Shown here: positions 46,460-54,191 of the stretch, in pieces
How positions within the stretch are numbered: position 1 is the first letter of the stretch
How the letters are laid out: every line of letters starts with the position of its first letter
Assembly: GCF_041248615.1 (NCBI RefSeq)
Contig: NZ_CP158426.1
Reading direction: 5' to 3' (one strand)
Source of the DNA: Escherichia coli
Lineage (GTDB): Bacteria > Pseudomonadota > Gammaproteobacteria > Enterobacterales > Enterobacteriaceae
DNA length: 64,000 bases
Notes under the pieces: generated by a model
Told to the model about the DNA's origin: nothing
What the model saw: the letters and a program-made list of their open reading frames with translations, nothing else
Databases searched by the model: none
Translations under genes and position numbers: made by a program

Positions 46460-47437
46460 TCAATCGCTCCCTTTCCGCCCTTCAGCTACAGGGTCGTTGT
46501 CGGCGATAACAAAACCTAAGTCCTGAGAGAATCTCTCTCGTGGGAATCCTTTAGCAGGTAAACCCATTGAATCATATCCACATCCGGGAACATTTGGTTT
46601 AGAGTCAATAAGGTCTGCAATTTGCCGAAGCCATGTTGATCCCGGACCAAGTCGTTTAACTAAGTACCAGATAATACAGATCGCGCTAAAAATCCTCTCG
46701 CAACTCTCTGGATGGAGATTAAGTCCGTCAAAGTATTCATTATCCGGTACTGGAACTCGGGGATGCTTTCTATTCCATATTCTGGAATGGTGAGCGCAAC
46801 GATTCCTTATGAGATTAAGGCACTTCAACCATTTTGCAAATGTCTGCTTATTATCAATGCCAAAACGACGTATAATTTTCCCCTGCATATGACCATTAAG
46901 CATCGCATAATATTTAGACATCTGACCAAAATCCCAGGTCTCCACCGCCACCCAAAATGGAATCTCCTTGCCTTGGCTTCGATGCCATTCAATACAGTCA
47001 TCTCTGCTTTCGTCTAATTTTACTTTTTGCTTATACACCCAATGCTCGAAGGCAGATGAGAATTTTGGATTAATGTATTTTGATGACATGTAGGCAAGTG
47101 GATCATTGCGACCAACCTCATGCGCGATGACTGAACGAACATGAATCTCTATTCTTTCGATAGCATCAATCATCAAAAGACGCAGTTTTTTGTCAAAAAG
47201 ATATAGATCGTACGTCTTCTCGAAACTGGTACCAGCAAGAAATCGGTCTGTTCTGTACGAAAGACCTTTATCTGTTGTCGCAATAATTCTTGATGGGTAC
47301 CAAAAACCTGACAATCGATAATATCCAACCTGCGACAGCTTACGTATCGCACGATTTCGATCATTGATAATCATGCCACGTTCAAGTAGCAATCCTAGCA
47401 ATTCGTGATAGTCCTTATGAGGCTTTGCGGCAATCAT
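46460..47437 (-). CDS. Abi_2-family (AbiD/AbiF-like) abortive-infection protein
   Basis: Start at internal ATG (MIAAKPHKDYHELLGLLLERGMIINDRNRAIRKLSQVGYYRLSGFWYP…); conserved blocks YYRLSGFW and LIRNRCAHHSRIWNRK are the hallmark of the Abi_2 (PF07751) family as I recall it. Confidence 0.65.
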   Translation of the reverse strand: MIAAKPHKDYHELLGLLLERGMIINDRNRAIRKLSQVGYYRLSGFWYPSRIIATTDKGLSYRTDRFLAGTSFEKTYDLYLFDKKLRLLMIDAIERIEIHVRSVIAHEVGRNDPLAYMSSKYINPKFSSAFEHWVYKQKVKLDESRDDCIEWHRSQGKEIPFWVAVETWDFGQMSKYYAMLNGHMQGKIIRRFGIDNKQTFAKWLKCLNLIRNRCAHHSRIWNRKHPRVPVPDNEYFDGLNLHPESCERIFSAICIIWYLVKRLGPGSTWLRQIADLIDSKPNVPGCGYDSMGLPAKGFPRERFSQDLGFVIADNDPVAEGRKGSD

Positions 47438-47809
47438 AGTGGCGAAACAAAAGATAATAAAAGGCCCGACCGTGAAACTCACATGCCTGAAATCGGCGGC
47501 GGAGAAACAGAGGATCGGGCTCGGTTGCCTGTAACTCTATCCGAAGTTATCCACATGTCAATGCACAGTTACTTAGGAAACTAACATAGATACTATCATC
47601 ACTCACGAAAAACCACTATATGTGGTTTTTATTCATATTGTTATCCACTACAGGCTGTGTCAATAACTTTTACCTATTAATTGGGTAATTTCTACATTTT
47701 CCTATGCTGGCTAGTTTCTCTACTGAAAAGTTGGCACTCCTTAATCGCTTTTCGGTTAATACTATCGGTCTTCATATTGCCAGCAGCATACGCCATCCGA
47801 TAATTTCTA

Positions 47810-48200
47810 TGCTACGCGCGCGTACTTGTCGCAAAATATCAGGCAAAGGCCAGATTCAGAACGTCGTGATAACCACCAGCACAACATGAGATGTCATGTA
47901 ACGCGATTTATCACACCAGATACATGTGATTGGTGTACCCGCATAAAACATCGTCATAGCGCGTCCTGTGCGCATATACGCCGATAATCAACACATCACC
48001 ACCACTCTGTCTTATGTAGAGAACAGTTTTATGGTGCTCCCCGCCATCGTGTGCGTACTGGTCGGACGTAGTTGCAAAATTTTTTGCAACTGATACCCCT
48101 CGCGCGCGTACTGGTCACGAAATTGGTGTTTTGCTGTGGCAGTGATATCAGAAAAATCTTCCTGTTTCACATAAAGCGGATATGCGCGTACTGTAACGGC
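47810..48200. promoter_or_regulatory. repeat-rich divergent control region between the Abi-like gene and the secreted-protein gene
   Basis: Four copies of GCGYGTACTKGT (about 47817, 48050, 48103, 48184) and a 10-bp-arm inverted repeat AGTTGCAAAA-TT-TTTTGCAACT at 48070-48091; no credible ORF. Confidence 0.45.
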
Positions 48201-48307
48201 CCCATCAACTGGGAGCGGATTTGAAATCCCGACCCAAGCTATGTACCAAATGCCATGTCTTGGATATATGATGATTGCCATTCTAAACAACGCTAAAGGG
48301 AGGGTTG

Positions 48308-48708
48308 GTGTGAATCAATTGAAGCGATTGGTTGTCTCCGGTTTATTATTTGCTTCTTTTGGAGCGAACGCTGAATGCTGGATTATTGGTGATCTGAAAG
48401 GACAAGAAGCCTCAAGTTCAGATGGGTATAACTATAAGTTATCATCTATACCAGATACCTTTCATTTGGTAATAAGTAAAGAGAAGGCGGATCTTATCTT
48501 GGCAAAAGATGGTATAGGTGGAGGTATTGATTATTACCCGCTATCTCCGAATGCCATGATGGGAAGAAGCTATCGAGATGGTCAACTGACGCTTGTCACA
48601 TGGGCAATCTCAAATGACGGAAAAGTGATCCATACACGAACAATTAGTCGATCTGATATAGGCTCATTTACAGGCTCATTTGTCGGCAATGTTAAAGGCA
48701 AGTGTTAA
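48308..48708 (+). CDS. small secreted/periplasmic protein (candidate superinfection-exclusion factor)
   Basis: GTG start at 48308 preceded by AGGGAGG; signal peptide (M)NQLKRLVVSGLLFASFGANA, then a hydrophilic ~110-aa domain. Function is inferred from position only. Confidence 0.45.
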
Positions 48709-48770
48709 TGTTCATAACTATTTGAAAAAAATACTAATTACTATTATAACCAACCATCCATGGCCATCTG

Positions 48771-50876
48771 TTATTGAGCTTCCTTTTGCGATGCTTGTGC
48801 TGCTGTGGTCAGTGATTGTGTGACCGTACTGATCGCTCTGTCATATGCTGTGCTACCTTTTGGCGTATTTGCCAGACGTAACAAGGCATTTCGTATAACA
48901 GGGCTTTCGTATGCCTTCGCTGCTCCGCCTACGGCACCAGCAGCAGGAACAACAAACGCAGCCGTTTTTAGCATCCCCGCTAATACTGCTGCGTTTATGA
49001 TGCCACCACCAACTAACAATCCATAAAGCTGCTGACCATTTAAGTTTTGAACGTTCGCTTTTGCCGCGTGTCTTGTATCGTTGAGGTATTTAATAACGCC
49101 GTCCAGTTCCTTTCCATGTACGCCTTTAAAGAAAGTTGCTGATTGCTTCCTGTTCCGGTGTAACGCATTAATAAACTTCTCAACACTGATATTTCCAGAC
49201 GGATCAGTCGCCTTATCTACAGCATTCTGAACTATAGCTGCTCGTGCGTTTTGCCTACCATTGTCATCCAGAAGCCTGTAAAGCTGAGAACGTTCTGATG
49301 GGCTTTGGCTAAAAACGAGTTTTGTTACATCCTCAGGCGTGGCCTTGCCGCTGGCTATTGCCTTTTGAACGCGCGTTCTTCCCATCATGTCATTGAATTT
49401 AGACCATGAGCGATCAACCCTTGCCATATTAATGGCTTCGTCTGCTCCAAGATTTTTGGCTACGGCTTTTTTCATATCCGCCGTATATGCCTTGTAGATA
49501 ATATCGCTGGCTTTCTGGAGCGTATCTTTATCAACAGTGTCAGATGACGCCATAAATCGCTTTCGAAGATCGGTTCTGTTTTCCCTCGCCAGACGCAGGT
49601 CATTTGGTCCGCTGGTGATATCGTCTTTAAATTGCTGCAAGACTTTTACCGCGGCTCTATCCTGAGATTTGCCCGGGCGGCTTAACACGGCAATCTGATT
49701 GTCGATAGCTTTTACCGTGTTTGAGAGATCGACAGGGGTATCCCCCATAGCGTCAATTATGCGGTTATATCGCTTTCCTGCTGCCTCAATGAATTTTTGT
49801 TGCCCTTTAGTCGCAGATTCATAAAGCTGTTTATCAGAAATGCCACCCAGACCATCGCTAAATGTTCTGACTAAATTTTCTCGTGCTTGTTGTTGATTCA
49901 GCCGATTCTTACCGGTTCCAAAAAAAGGAACTCTTTCGCCTAATGTCTGAGCCTGACTCTGCATAAAGGTTTTATCTTTCAACATGTCACTGGTCATTAA
50001 CGGCAGATTTCTTTCCGATGCAAAGTCGACAGCAGCCTTTGCTTCAGGCGACATATCACCACGAACAGCCCTCGAAACCGCACTCGCTGTATTTTCCAGC
50101 CCCTTACCAATACCACCAATGCCAGCAGAAATTACCGTTTGTAACGGATCAATATCTTCTCCACCAGCAAGGCTGGTGGCTCCCTGTAGTGCTAAATCTG
50201 TAGCTGCTGATTTCCCTATGGCCCCCAGCACCGTTCCGGCCCTGCCCGCTGGTGTAAACGCCAGCGCATTAGCCAGAAACGATGCCACGTCTTGCGGCGA
50301 TAAACCCGGCTTGTTCAGAGCATAATCACCGGATGGCAGGGAAACGATAGTGTTACCCTTCTCATCCTGCCTTAATTTCGCTCCCATGCTCTGAAGAATC
50401 TTTTCCTGAGATGCGTCAGAGCCGAAAAGTTGAGACCATCGAGCTTTTAGAGCATCCATGCTGAGTGAGGTTAACTCTGGGGCAAGGTCGACATTTTGCA
50501 GTCTCTCCATCTCTGGAGTCATTCGGCTTTCGCCTGTTATAGCATCGCGCATCGCAGCCCCAAGACTGGCTCCCTGTTCTGCTGAACGCTCAAGCCCCTC
50601 TCTTTGCTGAGTAGCTAACTTTGCATACCCTGACGCAAGAGAATTATCAGATGATGTATGTTGAATATTTTGAGTTGCTGATTGGTATCGGTCTATTTCA
50701 TTCGTTGATGGTAGTGGATAGGCAGCATAAAAAGCCTGCTTAGCCTGCTCTACACTTTCTCCGGCTTGCGGGGCAACGACTTCATTAAAGTATTGCTCCT
50801 GAGCCTGCGCTTTTTGTTCTGGTGCTAACGCCTGATACTGTGGAGAGGCGATAACATCTTTCCATGCTTTAGCCAT
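48771..50876 (-). CDS. large alpha-helical protein, possibly a P22 gp16-like ejection/internal virion protein
   Basis: 701 aa, A/Q/K-rich; its ATG overlaps the upstream stop (TAATG). Identified by size and order only, not by recalled sequence identity. Confidence 0.4.
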   Translation of the reverse strand: MAKAWKDVIASPQYQALAPEQKAQAQEQYFNEVVAPQAGESVEQAKQAFYAAYPLPSTNEIDRYQSATQNIQHTSSDNSLASGYAKLATQQREGLERSAEQGASLGAAMRDAITGESRMTPEMERLQNVDLAPELTSLSMDALKARWSQLFGSDASQEKILQSMGAKLRQDEKGNTIVSLPSGDYALNKPGLSPQDVASFLANALAFTPAGRAGTVLGAIGKSAATDLALQGATSLAGGEDIDPLQTVISAGIGGIGKGLENTASAVSRAVRGDMSPEAKAAVDFASERNLPLMTSDMLKDKTFMQSQAQTLGERVPFFGTGKNRLNQQQARENLVRTFSDGLGGISDKQLYESATKGQQKFIEAAGKRYNRIIDAMGDTPVDLSNTVKAIDNQIAVLSRPGKSQDRAAVKVLQQFKDDITSGPNDLRLARENRTDLRKRFMASSDTVDKDTLQKASDIIYKAYTADMKKAVAKNLGADEAINMARVDRSWSKFNDMMGRTRVQKAIASGKATPEDVTKLVFSQSPSERSQLYRLLDDNGRQNARAAIVQNAVDKATDPSGNISVEKFINALHRNRKQSATFFKGVHGKELDGVIKYLNDTRHAAKANVQNLNGQQLYGLLVGGGIINAAVLAGMLKTAAFVVPAAGAVGGAAKAYESPVIRNALLRLANTPKGSTAYDRAISTVTQSLTTAAQASQKEAQ

Positions 50877-52297
50877 TAATCACCCCATAGTGAAGAAAAG
50901 TTACTGCTGGCTGCTGGCTGTGATACCTGCTCAGATTGCGGCAATGTCTGCGACGAAGAAGCAGTTCCTCTGTCAACTGCTGAAATAACCCGCAAAGCAT
51001 CATAAGTTCGACCAGAAGCAGCTTTCAGCGAATTGAACTGGTTTTCCATCTTCCGGCGCTTGGTATCAATGGTTTTTGTGGAGTCGCCAGGCTGAGGGAA
51101 ATACATTTGATAATATTTTGACATTTCAGCAGGTGCGATAGCTGCCCCTGTTTCCTGACGGAGTATTGCCATTATTGCGTCATTAGCATTAACAACGTAT
51201 TGCTGCTCTGCTGGGCTGAGCGTTAAGTTAGCCAGCGTCCCATTACCCAAAGCATTATTAATGATCGCCACTCGCTGTGGGCTAAGCTGGTCTTTCAGTG
51301 TATCTATTGAATCAAGAGCATCCCTAACCCTGTATGCAAATCCAGCAGCTTTTTTAGCCCCATCTGGCGACTTTTCCATGATCTTTTGGGCTGTTGGCAA
51401 AGCTATTGGACGAAACCCATCTCCAGATATTGGCTGGTTTAGTTTTCCCTGCTCTTCACTTCCGTCTGTGTAGTATTTTGTGACAGTGCCATCATCGTTT
51501 TCTCTAACACTCATTAATTTTTTGGCGTTTGTATTAATTCCAGCCGCTGCCGCAAATGCCGCCGCCCCCTCTGGATCCGCCTTTAACATTTGAGCGTACT
51601 GATTGTAATTCTGCATTGCTGCTGTTGGTGCATATGCTGACGTTAACGCATTTGCTCGGTTAATATCCTGCCCTCTCGCCTGAAGTGCTTCGCTGGCCTG
51701 ATTGCTGCGGATTGTCTCTGCCAACTTGCCACGTTCAATATCCCGACCTTCCATTTGATCTTTGATATCGAAATACTTCTCATGACCGAGAGAAAACAGT
51801 GCCATACTACCAGCAAGCCGCTGGAATCCCTGTGGATCATTAACATGCATTTCGGCAACAGACTCAGGAGAAATTCCCAGGCGACGCATTTCATCTTCGT
51901 TATCTGCTATGAATTTTCCAAATGCCCCAGTTCCGAGCGAAGATGCGATTTGAGCACTAGTCGCAAGATGACCAATAGAATTTCTCTGGTCGTCATCAAT
52001 AAAGCCCATCCCTTTCTGAACGCTTTCAAATTCTTCTGGATACTCAGAAATAAGACTGCGCATTTTGTTTCTGTCTCCAGACTCAAAAGCCCCGGCATAT
52101 GCTTTCTGAAACTCTGCTTTACGCTGTTGTTGACGTGCCTGCTGATTAATCTCAGCAACGCCTCTTAGCCCCTGTAGCGCCATTAAACCTACGTTTGGCT
52201 GCTGCTGATACTGCACAGGCTGAGGAACGGAAGAACGAGGAGCATTATCATTTTGCGGTGCCATGCTAGGCAGCCCGCCAAGTTGCCATGTCGCCAT
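50876..52297 (-). CDS. possible P22 gp20-like ejection protein
   Basis: 473 aa (P22 gp20 is about 471 aa as I recall); TAATG coupling at both ends; Q/A-rich N-terminus. Confidence 0.4.
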   Translation of the reverse strand: MATWQLGGLPSMAPQNDNAPRSSVPQPVQYQQQPNVGLMALQGLRGVAEINQQARQQQRKAEFQKAYAGAFESGDRNKMRSLISEYPEEFESVQKGMGFIDDDQRNSIGHLATSAQIASSLGTGAFGKFIADNEDEMRRLGISPESVAEMHVNDPQGFQRLAGSMALFSLGHEKYFDIKDQMEGRDIERGKLAETIRSNQASEALQARGQDINRANALTSAYAPTAAMQNYNQYAQMLKADPEGAAAFAAAAGINTNAKKLMSVRENDDGTVTKYYTDGSEEQGKLNQPISGDGFRPIALPTAQKIMEKSPDGAKKAAGFAYRVRDALDSIDTLKDQLSPQRVAIINNALGNGTLANLTLSPAEQQYVVNANDAIMAILRQETGAAIAPAEMSKYYQMYFPQPGDSTKTIDTKRRKMENQFNSLKAASGRTYDALRVISAVDRGTASSSQTLPQSEQVSQPAASSNFSSLWGD

Positions 52298-52974
52298 TAG
52301 AATCCAAGCCCCCCAACAAGACCAATAAGCCCACCACCAATAGCGCCGGCCGCAGTTCCTATTCCAGGAACAACGGAACCAAGTTGCGCACCCGCTAAAG
52401 CGCCTGATGCTGCCCCACCAATACCACGCGCAAGACTGGATGGCTGCTGCGCCTGACCTGCACGAATAGCGCCAAGCCCCTGCAAGAGTTGTCCGGTATT
52501 ATTGGCGTAGTTTTGCCCTGCCGTTGCCTGCCCTGATGCCGCATTCATCCCGACATTTAGCAGGTTTCCATAATTTTGCATTTGCCCACTAAGCCAATTG
52601 TTATAAAGCATGGGCGCAATGGAAGATAACTGGTTACTGGTAGCTGTTGAGCCAAGCCCCCCGGTAGCTTCTGCTGAGACAAGGTTCTGATAACGGGCCT
52701 GATCTGCCTGTGTTTTATATAAACCAGAACCAAAGAAATCATTCGCGGCTTTATTCTGCCCTTCCAGAGTCATCAGTCCTTGTAGTTGTTGTAAAGCAGG
52801 CAATCCGACTTCTGCATACGGCTTGAGATTATTCATCACCGTATTCCACTGCTCGCGCTGCAAATCAATTGCCTGCTGCTGGGCCTTCGCCTGAGCTTTA
52901 GAGGCACCACCATCACCGCCTTTTTCGTATACGGCACGATTGAGATGTTTATGAGCTATATGGGTAATTAACAT
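52297..52974 (-). CDS. possible P22 gp7-like ejection protein with Gly-zipper C-terminus
   Basis: 225 aa (P22 gp7 about 229 aa); C-terminal Gly-rich hydrophobic segment GIGGAASGALAGAQLGSVVPGIGTAAGAIGGGLIGLVGGLGF suggests membrane insertion. Confidence 0.4.
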   Translation of the reverse strand: MLITHIAHKHLNRAVYEKGGDGGASKAQAKAQQQAIDLQREQWNTVMNNLKPYAEVGLPALQQLQGLMTLEGQNKAANDFFGSGLYKTQADQARYQNLVSAEATGGLGSTATSNQLSSIAPMLYNNWLSGQMQNYGNLLNVGMNAASGQATAGQNYANNTGQLLQGLGAIRAGQAQQPSSLARGIGGAASGALAGAQLGSVVPGIGTAAGAIGGGLIGLVGGLGF

Positions 52975-53429
52975 TCGCTGAATTCCTTATATTGTTGCCG
53001 AGTTAACTGATAAAGCGTTACGCCGACGGGTTTACCACATCTGATATAAGCATCATCAAGGTGACCAACACGGGTAGCGCCAAGCAAACGGATAATTGCC
53101 CGTCCGTATTTCGTGGTGTCAGGAACCATAGTGATGCTGTTAAGGAATGGTGAGTTTTCGAGAAGCCATTTGCAGAATAATCGATGCCCTTGCAGTGCAT
53201 ATTCACCACGGAATCCGGGGTCGTACACCGCATGGCATTCAACAATGCTATGCCAGAAGTTACGCACTTCATGAACGCCAGCCAGCACCAATCCTTCGTA
53301 GATGCCGAGATATACCGCATCAGGCTTGATGTAGTACGTGTGCCCCGGCTCAACAATATTTTCGGTATTGCCAGGATCGTTAAGAAAGGCCTGTAATCGC
53401 ACAGGGTTATCAATAAATTTTAGTTCCAT
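52968..53429 (-). CDS. hypothetical protein, first large gene of the operon (gp14-like by position)
   Basis: 153 aa, ATG start, 7-bp overlap with the next gene. Confidence 0.35.
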   Translation of the reverse strand: MELKFIDNPVRLQAFLNDPGNTENIVEPGHTYYIKPDAVYLGIYEGLVLAGVHEVRNFWHSIVECHAVYDPGFRGEYALQGHRLFCKWLLENSPFLNSITMVPDTTKYGRAIIRLLGATRVGHLDDAYIRCGKPVGVTLYQLTRQQYKEFSEC

Positions 53430-53445
53430 GCGATGCCATCCATTT

Positions 53446-53607
53446 TCACATACAGCCTGCCAGCGCCTTATCTATTAACCCTCGAGCAATTTCATGCAGA
53501 GTTGGCGCTACTCCAATTCCTGATTTTTTACGCTGCTCTTCCTGAATTTTCTTTATCGCTTCCATTTGCTTCTCACTTATCAATACCGGCTTTACTGAAA
53601 TAGCCAT
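53446..53607 (-). CDS. small ORF (53 aa) heading the operon
   Basis: Below the 60-aa track cut-off; ATG at 53607 preceded by AGGGGG; MAISVKPVLISEKQMEAIKKIQEEQRKKSGIGVAPTLHEIARGLIDKALAGCM; 16 bp upstream of the next gene. Confidence 0.35.
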   Translation of the reverse strand: MAISVKPVLISEKQMEAIKKIQEEQRKKSGIGVAPTLHEIARGLIDKALAGCM

Positions 53608-53620
53608 AACGCCCCCTTAG

Positions 53621-53640
53621 AACTGTATAAAACAACAGTT
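53621..53640 (-). promoter_or_regulatory. LexA-box-like palindrome upstream of the operon
   Basis: AACTGTATAAAACAACAGTT = CTGT-N8-ACAG with perfect AACTGT/ACAGTT arms, 14 bp upstream of the small ORF start. Confidence 0.45.
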
Positions 53641-53747
53641 ATTATAGTTTCACAAATCGCAATATTCATCATCGTAATTGCAAAATATGAAACAGATAGC
53701 ACAAAAAAATGCCACCGCTCAGTAGCTGGTGGCATCGTTCTGTGTGT

Positions 53748-53775
53748 CAGGTTTTGACAGGTTTTTTATGGACTC
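53748..53775 (+). terminator. hairpin plus T-run (plus-strand terminator-like) followed by conserved ATGGACTC motif
   Basis: CTGTCAGGTTTTGACAG then GTTTTTTATGGACTCTAAAAACT; a near-identical tail follows the hairpin at 59577-59606. Confidence 0.4.
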
Positions 53776-54053
53776 TAAAAACTATATTTATGGTGTCGCA
53801 TTACCCTTCACGGCAGGCGCTTTTCAGTTCTGCCCTTGCTTCTGGCTCCATTGGTAATTTGATTCGCGATCAGCTATGCGGATGGTTTGCTGAACAGGCA
53901 TAACAACTTCTCAGTGGCTGTTTTCTGAACTACGAAAATTTCGTAGTGCTCACTTTCAAAAACGTCACGCCCTTGTACACAGGATTTTACGAAAGTCTCG
54001 TAAAACACTCTCTGATGCCAGCCAGGTGTTGTGCGCATCAATTCAGTCACATT

Positions 54054-54169
54054 GTGTTGGTTCAAAATACCGTGTTGTTGGTTCAGTGTTGGTTCAATAA
54101 AAAGAATAAAATCCTTATAAAACAATACTCTTTACAAATTGAACCAACTGAACCAACTGAACCAACACC
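54054..54169. repeat. iteron cluster B, the inverted counterpart of cluster A
   Basis: GTTGGTTCA x3 then TGAACCAAC x3; 54130-54169 (CTTTACAAATTGAACCAACTGAACCAACTGAACCAACACC) is the exact reverse complement of 45764-45803; lies 22 bp past the primase-helicase stop. Confidence 0.8.
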
Positions 54170-54191
54170 TTTTCTACGCACATGAAGAAGC

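Noticed and set aside
45764-54169. Possibility that the iteron clusters are CRISPR arrays
   Set aside because: Repeats are 9 bp, irregularly spaced, partly inverted, and no cas genes are present; the window contains no CRISPR array.
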